Position numbers and translations under genes: made by a program. Positions 35,564 through 49,776 of a DNA stretch of 64,000 nucleotides are shown piece after piece. Numbering within the stretch: the first letter of the stretch is position 1; each line of letters begins with the position of its first letter. The stretch is from Octopus sinensis (taxonomy: Eukaryota). Where the stretch lies: positions 125,612,001 through 125,676,000 of the forward strand of contig NC_043000.1 in NCBI RefSeq assembly GCF_006345805.1. The letters are read 5' to 3'. The notes beneath the pieces are model-generated. The model made no database searches. It was not told the DNA's origin and saw only the letters and a program-made list of their open reading frames with translations.

Positions 35564-38500
35564 AATAATATTGACAGAATTGATTTTTTCTTCTTTCTTA
35601 AATAACCCCATAAAAATGTTAAGGTAGCTGACGGTAGCTATTAGGCAGATAGTTGTTTCAGTCTTGACTCTCTTCACTACTAAACCATTTCCTATTACAT
35701 ATTTGTTTAATCTAATTAACTGATAATTCCTTTTACATCAGGAAACTTGATGATTGTATTCATCTCATTTAGTACCTACACTTTGTCATTTTTATTCAGG
35801 CTGGGGAAAAAATCAATACCATTTTTATATAATTATTGCTTCAATGTGTTTTAACACTTATTGAATTGATACCTGGATCGATGGCAGAATTTGTCGTTTC
35901 CTTGCCTCTAGGTATTTGGCCTAGTTAAGTTACAATCATGTTGAACAGAACCATAAAGTAGTAGAGAATATTCTGTAGCCAGTGTTTTAAAGAAATCAGA
36001 AATCTTAATCTGTTTTCAGCTGGGGTTTATATTGCTTTTTGAGGGGCTTGTCTAATATTATTATCCTCACTTTACAGTAATTTGTAGAGAGAATGTTGTA
36101 TGAATAGAGGAAGTAAAATTTAAAAATTAATTTCATACTTAAAGTTTCCATGATTAGAAGTTTTAAAGAAGGAAAAAAGACCAGTGGTTAGCATTAACAT
36201 GTGGCTGTATACTTGAGAAGTTAGCTTGCCAACCACATGGTTGCAGTTTCAATTCCTAGTGTGACTCCTTAGTGTTTTCTACTATAGCCAAACTGAGCAA
36301 AGCCTTGTGGGTGGATATGATAAACAGAGACTGATAGAAGCCTGTCATATATGTATATATATTTGTGTGTATGTGTGTGTAGGTGTGTGACTTAGTGATT
36401 AGAGTGTTGGACTCGTGATCATAAGATTGTGGTTTCAATTCCTGGACTTGGCAACATGTTGTGTTCTTGCGCAAAACACTTCATTTCATGTTGCTCCACT
36501 CCATTCAGCTGACAAAACGGAGTAATTCTGTAACGGACTGCCATCCCATCCAGGTGGGAAATATATACTCCAAGGAAACCGTGAAACTGGCCCTTATCAG
36601 TCGACATGACTTGAGAAGGTAACTTTACTTTGTCCTGACTTCATACTGTCATTGTAAATGACGGTCACTGTCAAACAAACGTCACTCATTTCTGATATTC
36701 TGCAGAAACATATCTGGCGATGGGAAATCTTACTTTGCTTGAAAACAAGCAAGTTTTAGTGATAGGACAGACATCAGGTCATAAGAAATCAGCCACATTA
36801 GATTCCGGCTGACCCATGCAAGTTTGGAAAAGTGAATGTTAAACTGATAATGATGATGATGGGTATGTTTGGTACTTTGCATGTTTTATGTTTTTCTTGT
36901 AATGAGTCTTACCATTCCTTTACGGGAAAGATCTCCTATGCGTTATCTGTAGGAGTAAAATATTGGTATTACTAAAGATGTATTTGATACAGCTTAGGCC
37001 TAGGCTTGGCTGTGTGGGTAAACAGTTTCCTTCTCAATGACATGGTTTCAAGTTCAGTCCCACTGCATAACACCTTAGGCAAGTGTCTTCTTTTAAAGCC
37101 TTGGGCCGACCAAAGCTTTGTGAGTTGATTTGGTAGACCAGAACCTTACAGGTTAATGTGAAAAAGATTTTTTTTTCTTTTTCCTTTTGCCAATTTTTTC
37201 CCAAGAAAATGGGTGATGGAAGAATGGAGATGATTTCAAAACAATGGCAGTGATGGGTCATATGTACCCAAGTATTAGAACAACAGTAATATCAGAAATA
37301 AGCTGCTTTGATTAGCGTTACGTATGATTTTACATAAACACCTTTCTGAGCGTGTGGTTGAAATATTTCCCTGAATCTCTTTATTCAGAGTTTCTCAAAA
37401 ATTTCAATACTTGGAATTTAATGGAACTTGATTGTAAGATTTCCCTCACATATTTTTTATGTATGTGTGTATTGTAGCGTTATGTAAGAAAAAGAAAATC
37501 ATGAAAGTAATGCATAATGGAAAAGAGATAGGATATTTTTTTTTACTTCAATTTGAATATATTTGCTTTAATAATAATAATCGACTATAAAAAGATGGAA
37601 TTGTGGAAGTAAACACTGGTACACATATATACATACACGGATGTAAAAATAATTACCTCTGTATGTGTATATGTGTGTGTTTGTGTGTGTCTTACTTCGC
37701 TTCATATATATTTTATCTTATTCACACAATATTGTAGATTTCAATAGCATAAATAAATTATCTTATTTACTATTTGCTTGGTCCATCATTCTCTTTATAT
37801 TAAGGTTTGGGAAAATCTTTTGTTCCATACAGCCGCAAAAAAAAAAATCTACATTAAAAATTTATTATGTATAAAGGATTTTTTTTTCTTTTATTAATAT
37901 CATTTTTGAAATGCTTAGTTTCATTGTTAGTAGAAGAATGTAATTTACACATTTTGAATTCTGTTTGTGAAGCCAGTTGAAGTGTTAACTTAAATTTTTA
38001 TAAAGCGGCTATTTGCTTTCAATCCACATGTTAAACAAACACATAAGCGTAGTTATATGATTTCAAATGTTAGCTGGAAGTAAAATTAATAAGTTGGCAT
38101 ATATTTGTTTAATACAACTTGTTTATTTTAATGATATATGTAGAGATGTAATGATATACATTTACAGATATAATTATTTTTACAGAAGACAGAAATCCAT
38201 TTGAAGAAATGTCATATTTGCAGCTTTATAATAATATATTATAGATGCATACATACGACTTAATATAGATGCTTCTGTTTGAAAGCAGGAAATGTAAATA
38301 ATATACACAGTTGTCTTTCCATAATCGTTTTCTCCATTGCCAAGATTTAAAACTTAGAATTTGTAAACTGAAATTGTCTTGACATTGTGACAATGCATCC
38401 ATGTATAATTTTTAGCTCAATTTATCTGAAATTGAGCATATATTTCATAGCTGTCAATTTTTATATGATTTAGAGTAAATGGAAATTTATATGAAGCTGG

Positions 38501-39608
38501 CAACTTTATTAGTTGGCATACATTTCAGAGTTTGTTCCTGTGTTTTTAAAGTAAGATTAATATCAGAAAAGAATACAGATGTATAGAAACTCTTTTTCTT
38601 ATGTTTATTTTTTGTTACTTTTATATATATATATATATCTTACTGTGTAACTATCATTTCTTTAGATATACTTAGAGAAGTAGCATCACCAATCGTAAAT
38701 TAGATATAAAGTATTGAATAAATGATAGTGCTTTTACAAATGTAGAAAATAAATATACCTTGTGTTAACGACATTCAAAAATAACTGGGTAGCATTACTG
38801 AAGTAAATCTCAACATCTTGATTTCTTTAAAAGACATAAGTATCTGAAAGAAGAAAAAGCTATGTAAATGAGAGGTTATGAGTTTAGGGATAGTATTTTG
38901 CTAATTGATTAAAAAGATAGTTGATGATACAGTTTTTTTCCCCTCTTCTTTTGTATATAATTACACAAAAGGCTGTGATTTGCAGACAAATTTTTATGTG
39001 GAAAACTATCAGAACATTGAGCTTTGATACAGAGCAAACTGAAGACTATATCTTTTTTTAAAGCAACACGATGTATATGTGCATTCGTGCTTGCTTTTCT
39101 TATATCCATTTTCAGTATACCATGCTGTGTCCTTTTGTTTTGTTTTTTAATTAATGTAGCAATGGTATATATACAACTGGATGCTCTTCCTACTATTTAT
39201 TAATCACTGAACTTTAAAGCAGAGTGGAATGTTTTCTGCTAATCAGGCAAACTGGGATAAACAGAATGTCTTGCTCAAGTGGCATAACACATTGGCTTTG
39301 GCTGTATGGATTGAACTAGTAACCATGTTAGCAGCTGAGCACTTTAGCGTTACAGCCATCATGTCTCTCTAGTGTTTGTGTGTGTGTGTGTCTTTTATGC
39401 TTTATGATGAGAATCGTAAGACTATGTAGAAGAATTGAATATCTATATATACTTTAGCTTAAATAGGGAAAAAGGTTAAGATTTCTTTCAACTAAAAGAT
39501 GCCTAAGTAAGGGAGAAAATGACTATAGTATTCATTTTTATGTAAGATCAAAGTGGAAGTTCAGCAACTCGCATCTATCAATACCATTGATTTTGCAAGC
39601 TAGACTAT

Positions 39609-39631
39609 CTTTCTCTCTCTCTCTTTCTCTC

Positions 39632-39678
<47 letters not shown>

Positions 39679-39700
39679 GTCTCTCTCTCTCACACACATA
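39609..39700. repeat. (CT)n(CA)n microsatellite
   Basis: Direct reading. Confidence 0.9.
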
Positions 39701-40724
39701 CACCGACTCAAAGATGCCTACACAAGCCAGAAAATAATACTCTTTTCATATGATTGAGACTTAATTTAATGAAGAATTTTCCAGACACTCCATTTGAATG
39801 TCACAAATATTTTAGAATAATTTACACTATGAAGTGACAGTCTGGGGGTTTAAAAAAACAAAAAAACTAAGAAAAGAAAAGAAAGGAAATATTTGTCCAG
39901 AAAGGGTTTCGTGGTCATAATAAAGCATCATAATATTTTATATGTGGTTCACAAAATTGATAATAGAGGCTGCAAACAATTTTCCAACCATTTTCCCTGC
40001 TGTTTTTTACATTTCCCCTGGCTGTTGTCTATGAGCAATGCTGGAATTGTTTTTCTTGTCTTTTTTCTGCATTGAATATATTTCGTTTCCAAATCTCAGT
40101 TGGAGCACCTCTGTTTCGCTCACCACTGGCCATCAACACCCTGTATAGACTTTTGCTTTTTTTATTTCACGCCATTATCACAGTTTTCTCTTTTGTCATT
40201 ATACATCCTTTTCTCGTTTGTTCATTCCTCACTAAAGATTCCTCGTCGTTTAGTAACGCGTGCAAATGGATGGATCAAGATCTAGTTAATTGACAGTTGT
40301 ACACACTGGCTTCTGTTAGGCTATTGAAATGAGATAGTAGTTGCAAACCTGAGATGATGGTTTGGAAATTAGTGAGTGTGTGTGTGTGTGTTTGTGAAAG
40401 GAGCATGTTGTGAGTATCTGGATGTTTGATCAGATGTTAGTGCAGCTAAATGTGCAAATACAGTCGTATGTAAACCTCGGGGAAATATTGAGCATATTTA
40501 CATGTTATTCCTTTTTAAATCATTCTACTTAGAAATTATGTGCTGCTCACATGGAAGCATATAGGAATGATTCAAATATCTGCGACCCCCCCCCCCACCC
40601 CACCCTTGCAAGATCTCTATCTTTACATTGAGATGATGTTGCCTTGCTTGGAAGGTACTATTTAATGTGATTGGGTATCTATCAAAATGAGTTGTCTTTT
40701 ACTGGTTTTAGTGTTAGATAATTA

Positions 40725-41173
40725 GCGTAGGCACAGGTGTGGCTGTATGGTAAGTAGTTTGCTTACCAACCATATGGTTCCGGTTTCATTTCCACTGCAT
40801 GGCACCTTGGACAAGTGTCTTCTACTATAGCTTCCAAAGCCTTGTGAGTGGATTTGGTAGACAGAAACTGAAAGAAACCTGTTGTATATATACATATATA
40901 TGTGTGCGTGTTTATGTCCCCATAATCTAGCTGCTCGACAAAAGAGACCAATAGAATAAGTCCTGGAGAACATCACCTTTAGTTGAACAAACCGACCCCA
41001 GGACTTATTCTTTTTTAAGCCTGGTACTTATTCTATCGGTCTCTTTTGCTAAACTGCTAGTTACAGGGATGTAAATACACCAACATCAGTTCTCAAGCGA
41101 TGGCGGGGGTGGGGAGCAGATACAGAAACACACACACACACATGTATATATATATATATATATATATACATAT

Positions 41174-41244
<71 letters not shown>

Positions 41245-41402
41245 ACGGGCTTCTTTCAGTTTCCGTTACCAAATCCACTCACAAAGCTTTGGTCGGCCCA
41301 AGGCTATAGTAGAAGACACTTGCCCAAGGTGTCACGCAGTGGGACTGAACCCAGAACCATGTGGTTGGTAAGCAAGCTACTTACCACACAGCCACTCCTG
41401 CA

Positions 41403-41403
<1 letters not shown>
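40725..41403. mobile_element. Tail-to-tail inverted pair of SINE family B copies (+ 40725-40970, - 40980-41403)
   Basis: GTGGCTGTATGGTAAGTAGTTTGCTTACCAACCATATGG on the left pairs with CCATGTGGTTGGTAAGCAAGCTACTTACCACACAGCCAC on the right. Confidence 0.87.
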
Positions 41404-41440
<37 letters not shown>

Positions 41441-42759
41441 CTCATGATGATAATAATGACTCTCTGCAGTTCTGTTGTTCTGAGTATCTGTATTTGTCTA
41501 TAGCACATAGGGTACAATGAAATATGTATGTCACAGCAGGCTGACATTTATTAATGTACTTGGTCATCTGTCTGGCATCTAACCTTATCTAAAAAGGAAA
41601 TAAATATAAGTGCTACTCTCTTTTGTAAAGCATAGATTCATAGGTGGTTAAAATACCACAAGTTGTTGTAGAGTAAGATCACTTCTTGTGAAGGCTGTTT
41701 CAAAACTGAGGTAGATTTGCTCTATAGTGCTCTGTATAAATATGTGTGTGTACATGTGTATTGCTGTGTGTGTGGACGCAAAGTTAGCTTTATAACTGTG
41801 TAGTTTTATCTTCCATCTCACTGTGCGGTATCTTGGGTAAGTGTATTCAATTTGAGCTTCAGGTTAACCAAAGCCTTGTAAGTGAAATTAGTACAGAAAC
41901 TGTATGGAAGCCTTTCATAGAGAGATATGTCTGCGTTTATGCATGTTATAGTGTGTCTGTTTTTAAGTATGTTAGTGTGTGTGTGTGTGTGTGTGTTCAT
42001 TTGTGCATGTGAGTGTGTCTGCATGTGTCCAGATAAATGTTTAAATTCTCCTTCTTCACTTAAAGGTGTTTGAGAAAAATAACATTTTGTTGACATATCT
42101 TGTTAATAAATTATTCTGCAGCTGTACTCTTATGAAAACATATGGAATTAAAAAAAAAATCCTCCACTTGAGAAACAGGTTAGGGTTATTAATAGGCAAG
42201 GTATCCAACTGTAAACTAATGCCTCAGTAATAAGTTCAACCAGTCCATGCAAACATGGAAAAACAGGCATAAAACAAATGGACAATATATACAAATTTGC
42301 ATACATACTAATCTGTTTATTGATGGACTATGTTGGTTATTCTCAACAAAAGATAAGGAAAGAAGGACTCTTGGGCTGAGAGGAATTTTTAATCCCATTG
42401 AAAGCAGGACAACCCCTCTAATGCTGGTGCCACTTGAAAATGCACACTATGTACTCTGTAACATGGTAAAGCATCAAGCCATAGAAACTGTGTTGCACTG
42501 GGTGATGGTAAGATGAGGTCTTCCAATTTGTTTTGAAAGGCAGTTACTCTGAATAAGAAGTGACTTAAACTGCAATGAATCACCCAGCATATGCCAGCTT
42601 GAAAAACTGAAGAGGATCAATGATGATGATGATGATGCTATCTGTTCAATAGTTACTGCTGTCAGTTGAAAGTCATCATTTTTAAATCACACAAAATCCT
42701 GGGGTGGGGTTCTCTCATGAGTCGTTATCAGATATCCTCAGCTCTCAGCTGGTTGAATG

Positions 42760-43030
42760 CTAATGGATCTCTCCCTCTGTCTTTCTTGTGCTTTCTTAAT
42801 GCATTAACTCTATTTTAAATCTATTCAATTTTAGATATTATTCATCCACATTATTCTTGGTTTTTCCCCCTCCTCATTTCCCATTCACTTTACCTTCTAT
42901 TAAAAGTCTCTGTAATCCATTTTTTTCTTCTTTAATTAACTGTCCAAAATATTTTAATTTTCTCTCTTTGATGTTTAATAAAATTTTCTTAGTTTCTGGT
43001 GTTCTAAGGCCTTATGTTCTATCCATGATA
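42760..43030 (-). mobile_element. RTE/BovB-like LINE 3' relic
   Basis: Minus strand RLLIEGKVNGK*GGG(fs)KPRIMWMNNI resembles the EGKVEGKRGRGRPR..W motif. Confidence 0.55.
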
Positions 43031-44782
43031 TTAAATAAACATGTTATTTATTAAATGATAACTTGAATATATTATTGGACAAAAATATGTTATTTATTAA
43101 AGAATAACTGGTGGTAAGTCTTGCTAGGATATTAACTTGTTGGCTGTTTATTAAAAGAAACATTCAAAGCATGATAATGCCTGATAGAGAAGCAGTGCAA
43201 CAAAGGTGTTGACAAGTTTAGGTAATATAATAGAACTCAGTAGTGAATTGGTGCATATTGCACCTGGAATAGAAGGAAATATTTTTGTAACTGTCTTGAA
43301 ATCGCTAATTTTTTTTCTCTTGAATATCTGGCTTGGAGAAGTATATAAAAAAATGAATTCTGAAAAGAATTCTTTCAGGAATTGTGGAGAATAATAGAGA
43401 ATTGAGTAATTATTCAAGGAAGGCATCATCATACTGTTTCTCTGGGAAATGCATTTATTCAAACAGCATAGTCTCCATTCATCATCAAGTCTCATGCATA
43501 CACACATGCACATGTGCACGCGCACACATACACACACACACACACACATATAGGTTTGGCAGTGTAGTTTGGAAATTTGCTTCCCATACATGTGGCTTTG
43601 GGTTCAGTCTCACTGTGTGGCACCTTAGGCAATGTCTTTCATTACAACCTCTGGGTTTAATAGACAGAAATTGAAAGAAGCTTCTTGTTGTTTTGTGTGT
43701 GTGTGTGTGTGTGTGTAATAACTTATGTATAAAAATCTGCATAAATGAGTGACTATAGGTGTGTGTTTCCTCATTTTCACATCACTTGACAGTCGTAGAC
43801 ATCATACAAGCACCGTCCTTCTTTACCAATGTTTTGTGAAAAGCCATCGAGGAAATATTAAGTCACTTGTCAATGGGTGCAAGTTGAGGATAGATAGGAC
43901 ATCTGGCCATAGAAAATCTTTCTCAACTGTTTCCAAGCAAGGTAATACTTCTCCTTGGCTGGACACATTTTCATGAAAGATTGGAAACGAGGCCCCACAT
44001 GTTTGGTGGTAGCACTCACTTATAAGTATTAATGCAAAGTCAAAACAAGGTGGCACAAACATACATACGCACACACACACACAAACAGACATACATACAC
44101 ACATGATGGTTTCTTTCAGTTTCCATCTAACAAACCCATTTACATGGCTTTGGTTGGCCTGGAGTTATAATAAAACTTGCCCATGGTTTCATGCAGTAAG
44201 AGTGAACCCAAAACTGAGTGGTCGGGAAGTAAACTTCTTACTTACACTGCCATGACTGTTCATGCAAAACCTCTGTATGGTTATATTGTAATGTGTGAGG
44301 CAATCTTTCAGAGAAAGTATATCAAAACTGAAAGTATTTGTTTGGCAATTTCTGAAAAAGTTTTTATTACTTTTTTTTCCCCAGCTGAATTGCTTATGTT
44401 TATGTATTTTATGTGTGTATATGTATGTATGTTTGTGTATATAAGTATATGTATGTATTTATGTGTATGTGTGTTACTACTAAATGTAAGGCTAATTTTG
44501 TTGTCATCTAGCCGCAAACCAACATGGATTGAACAGAGACACTTCAGGAATGATCAACCTCTCTTTTTCAGGCCTATTGTATGTGAGGCTGCATTGAAGG
44601 AGATTTGGTTGCTATTTCCTGCAGGTTAAAAGACCATATAAGTGTTCTCTTTATGTTGTTGAGAAATTTAGTTCCAGAAGGATTTGAAGATTGTAATAAG
44701 ACAATTAGGAGAAAAAACTATTAGAAAAGAAGAGTATTGTAGTTCACTTGAAGCATGGTGTATTGTTTGTAAAGAATAAAAA

Positions 44783-44822
44783 GTTGTAATTTAGTTATCC
44801 TTATGGATAACTAAATTACAAC
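44783..44822. other. Perfect 18-bp inverted repeat with 4-nt loop
   Basis: GTTGTAATTTAGTTATCC-TTAT-GGATAACTAAATTACAAC. Confidence 0.9.
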
Positions 44823-45480
44823 AGGTATATAGTCCATTTTTTGTATTATAGTGCATTGTTGTACCATTCAAAACTTTTTATTCTTTATTATTAGAAAAGT
44901 GATGTTAATAGAAGCAGTAAAGGTGAACATCTTCATAGAATTTGTTTTAGGCTGTCTAATTTAACACTACCATTCCTTATGTTCCATTGATGATCCTTAT
45001 CTAATTTCCACAATTCCAATGATCATTAGCAAGTCAGTAGAGGGGAAAGTAATCCTGTGTCCTTCTGTGAAAGCCAGTATTTGGATAGTGATATCAATAC
45101 CAGATAGTGAGGTACTTTCAAGAGGCAGGTATCATTACTTTGTAAAGGTATTGATGAAAGTGGCGTATAATGAGAAGGGAATTTGGAAAGAAGAGGCTTT
45201 TTGTGGCATTTTGAAATAAAGTAATTAGAAAAATAATTGAATTAAAGAATTAAATAAATTATTTCCATTAGAAAACAATTGATACTCTTGCTGCTGCTGC
45301 TGCTACTACTACTACTACTACTACTACTAATGTATAGAATATATAGAATATTTTCTTGTTTTTTTCTTCTTATTTTTTAAAAATATATTTTAAAAAGAAC
45401 TTTTATAGATAAAAACTGCAAATATGTCATCATCAACATTATTCAGTGTCCTTTTTTCCATGCTTCTAAATGAGGCATGT

Positions 45481-46100
45481 GGTCGACAAACTGGCATGGT
45501 GGTGGCAATCAATACCATTGATCCAGTATGTTACTGGTACTTTATTTTTATTTATCTCAAAAGGATAAAAGGCCAAGTTGATCTTTGCAGGAGTTAATAA
45601 CTCTGCCTTTCATCCTTTCGGTGGTCAATAAAACAAATTACCAGTAAAGTTCTGGGACCAACAGTATTGCCTAAGCCACTCCCTTTAAAATTACTGGCCT
45701 TGTGCCAAAAGTTTGAAAGCAGCATCTCTTCATACTTGTTATTTCCTGAGTTCAAATTTACCTTTCATCCCTCTAGGTCAATAGAATACGATACCAGTCA
45801 GATACTGGGGTTGATGTAATTGACTTAGCCACACTCCCAAATTTCAAGCTATGTGCCCCTATACTACAAGCAGTTTATTATAATTTTTAAGGTAGTAAGC
45901 TGGCAGAATCATTAGCAAGTCAGACAAATTGCTGACAGCATTTCATCTGGCACTTTGCATTCTGAGTTCAAATACTGCCGAGGTCAGCTTTGCGCTCCGC
46001 CCTTTTCGAATTAGTAAAATAAAGTACCAATCAAATACTGGACATCGATGTCATCAACTAAATCCATCCTCTTAAAATTGCTGACTGTTTGCCAAAATTA
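45481..46100. mobile_element. Cluster of diverged SINE family A fragments in both orientations
   Basis: GCCTTTCATCCTTTCGG..ACCAG, GAGTTCAAATACTGCCGAGGTCAGCTTTGC, and a reverse CTGGTACTTTATTTT..AAAAGGATAAAAGGC. Confidence 0.65.
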
Positions 46101-49100
46101 GTAAGAATTAGTATTATAATAACGGCTGTGTTCATGTCAAAATAACATTTACATACAATAATCTTACGAAAACAAGATTACGTACAATGGACAATTCAGC
46201 ATTCTGTTTCTCAGTTTATGCCTCTTGAATGTTTCCGCTAGAAGAATATTGGAAAATACTTGAGTTCATTAGTTTCTATATTTTCAAAATGACTAAGGTG
46301 CCCCTTCTTGAATTTTATGAATCAGCTTTTATAAATTAGGTTTGTTTCTATTGATTCAGTTTAGGTGCCCCAATATAGATTTATATGTTCTAAAATGACT
46401 TACTACTTCAAATATGTAATAATGTGTAACAATCAGTGCAGTGCTACTATTATTAATAATAATAATAATAATAGTAATAATAATAATAATGATGATGATG
46501 AGAATTAGTATATGCACGTAACTTAGCAAGTTTTCCTAAAAGGAGCCAAATTACTGCAACAAGTGGATAACTCTGCTTGTTTACAGACGGCTTTAAGATA
46601 TTTATTGGACAAAGTAGTTCTACAAATTGTTATTGAAGCACAATATTGATTTAGCTGTCTCGCTTGGCATATTATCTGGGAAACACTTAGGCATACTAGC
46701 TTGTGTGAATCAGTATAAGAATATTTCCTTGCCTATTGCTATTTTCAGAGGCTTCATTTAAAAATCAATTTGTATGACTAGTATGAGAACTCACACTATC
46801 ATATATTTATTTAATCATATATATATACATAACGTGTACATATAAATGTGTACATGTGTGTAATGTATGTGTATATGTAGTTAGAGAAGCAGCTAGAAAC
46901 AGCCTGAATAAGCCAGGAGATTATGCATTTTAAAATGCTAATAGAGATACGACTGAATGGTTTTAATATCTTGAATCAGTTGAGAATGATTTGGATGTGA
47001 AGAATAGCTGTGGGGATGCACTAATACAGACAGATGTGATTGTTATAGATTTATAAAAGAAATAGAGAATAACTCTAGACTGTAGGCAAATAATAATAAT
47101 AATGGTGATAATAATAATAATAATTTTGAACTGTAACATGAATTTCTTTTATTTTAGATTTGTTCTGTATTCAAACGGTAAATTATTAATTTTTGCCCTA
47201 AGCGTTTGGAGTACCTAACATATATTTCAGGTGGTTAAATAAACTGAATTCTGATTCTCAGATTTTGTAACTTGTTAGCTTAGCTACTATTTTAAGCAGT
47301 ATGCTATTGTCGGTTGTTAATCCTATTTCAAGTAAAGTGTTTGATTTTCTATCAGAATGTCATATGTACAAAATAAATCAGAAAAAAGTGTATGACTAAT
47401 GATTTTGTTCCCCAAGGCTCCTTGTTGGGACTGTACCAACACACTGAGAGAAAACAGATCTAATTCATCCACGAATCCAATCCTATACTTAGTAGCCAAT
47501 ATTTTTCACATTTGTCATGTGCTATTTAGTGGAATGCAGTTGTACTATTTCTTAATCATATGTAAATTATAGTACAATTTAGTTTGAAACTTATTTTAAA
47601 GATAATCCACATTTCATTACTTTATATTTGAAATTTTAAGTTAGAATGAAAATTAATTTTCCTTGTTTGTTAAATAAATATTTTCAATCTATTCTGGCAA
47701 AATATGAACATGCTTTATGATCTCTCTTTTCTGTGAATTTTTTCTGTATTCGATCTTAATATAATTAAAACTTTTAGTGCTCTTCTCTGCTTTCAATAGA
47801 ATTTTACTGGTTTGATGTGTACAAAAATGTTTTGTTTTAAACTATGTGATAAAATTTAAGCTGCTTCATAAGCATGAGAGTTTTTGACATGATTTGTACA
47901 TTAATCTTGTTCTGTTTCTTCCATACCAATATGCAGTGTATTGTTGTAGGAATATACTAATATGAATAAATCAGGGAGAAGTGAAACACTGCAAAGCATG
48001 GCCTCAAAGTCTTCAATAAAATCTTATCTGCATATTATATTATATTATATCTCAAACACTTTCGTTTTACTGCTATCATGTGAGTGTAATGTATGTATGT
48101 ACGTGTAAGTACTGCTATGAAAGCATGATTGCTACTTCCAGTCTGGATACATAATGATATACTTTGATTAAAGGTTGGCAGCCACCCAACTGCAATAAAA
48201 CAATGGCACCCATATACTTCAGATTTTGAATACTGAAGGTGAACATTTTAACCAAATAAAATGATTTGATTCTCAACTATTGTATCTTGTCACAATTTAT
48301 TTGGCTAAAACTCGGAAACAATTATTTTTATTGGTTAACCAGAAAGTGCTCCAGGGCATGTCTTTCTGCAGTGAAATAAAAGAATGACAATGGAAAAATT
48401 TCCTTGACCATGTAGCATTGATGGTAATTCTTTAGATACTAACTAAGACAGATGGACACCTGGGAAAACTATGTTGCTAAACTTCCCTGAATTTTTAGTC
48501 TTGCCTATTTTATGACGCTGTATTTACTCATGCCTGAGATTTTAAATTATTTTTGAAAGAAAAATAATAACCCCATTCCCTTGTATGGACTGTTTCCCAT
48601 CTCGGGAAGGTGAATGGTAGAACTGATATTGATATCATCATAATCAGTAACAGCATCACTACCATCAATATTATCATCTTTCTGTTTGCTCTCCATGCTG
48701 GTATGGGTTGGATGGATTATCGTCATCTAAGTTATTTCTTATTGAAAGCTGACTGCTTCCATAGACATATGTGTTGTTTGGCTTCGTTTCTGTGACTGAA
48801 TGTCCTTTGTACTTTAGCCATTCTAAGTTAAACTGGCTGCATTTTCTTTGTGGCACAGCCATAGTTTGGTGGAATAGTGCCTGACAGAACAGAATCTAAA
48901 AGATCTCACAATACCATGCTTTGCCTGCCAACTACCTTACAGTGTATCTTTCATGACATTAGTACTAGCAAGATTGTTTCACTCACCAGTCTCTGTTGAG
49001 GGAGTTTGGCAAGAGTGAGGGTTCCGTTGTGGCACCAGCGCAGGAGTGATGATGCTAAACAAAATGCTTTGTGGCATTTAGTTACATTCTTTTACATTCT

Positions 49101-49622
49101 CAGTTCATATCTTGTCAAGGTTGATTTTTACCATCTTCCTTAAATCAATAAAGCAAACAGCAGCCGTGTACAGAAGTCTGGCTACACTATTCCTCATAAA
49201 TATTGCCAGTGGAATATTAGAATCTTAAAGCTTTGTAATTTTGTGTATATTCATTAATTCTAGCTGAAACCAACTCTACTCAATTTAAAATCTGGCTAGT
49301 AGTGTGGGAATAGGGGAATTGTGTATTAAAATGTTTTATTAGAACTTTTCTTTCCCCTTCATTTTCAATTCAACAGCTACATTGGGTTTAATCAGGATTT
49401 ATTATGAATTTCTCTTCTCTTTTTTAATTATATGTGACATTCTATTATGCTGCATTAGTAACTGTTTTTAATAGCTTACCAGACAGAATATGCTAAAATA
49501 TTCAGGTATCGTTAGCATGAGTAAAGTAATAATGATAAAAATTTTGAATATTTTTTTTAGTTTGAATATTTTTTTCTTCTTCCTGTTTTAAAATTTTGTT
49601 TTTTTTGCTTTTATCATTTCAG

Positions 49623-49680
49623 ACTTTTGCATTTGATCATTGTTTTTGGTCAATGGATGAGAAGGATCCTAAATTTGTTT
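49623..49680 (+). CDS. KIF13: Kinesin-3 (KIF13/Khc-73-like) motor domain exon, TFAFDHCFWSMDEKDPKFV+T (58 nt, phase 0 to phase 1)
   Basis: Long T-rich tract ending ttatcatttcAG at 49621-22, then ACT TTT GCA TTT GAT CAT TGT TTT TGG TCA ATG GAT GAG AAG GAT CCT AAA TTT GTT T, then a perfect GTAAGT donor at 49681. FAFDxCFWSMDE is characteristic of KIF13-type kinesin-3. Too short for the ORF track. Confidence 0.92.
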
Positions 49681-49776
49681 GTAAGTAGTCCTATGGTTTT
49701 TAAACAAATATTGTTGTTATATCTTCTTTTAACATGTGTCTCTTTACAATGTTCCCATGAAGACTATATATTTTAA

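Noticed and set aside
34819-35565. 248-aa S/L/F-rich ORF that looks like a membrane protein
   Set aside because: Stop-free only because the tract is C/T-only low complexity.
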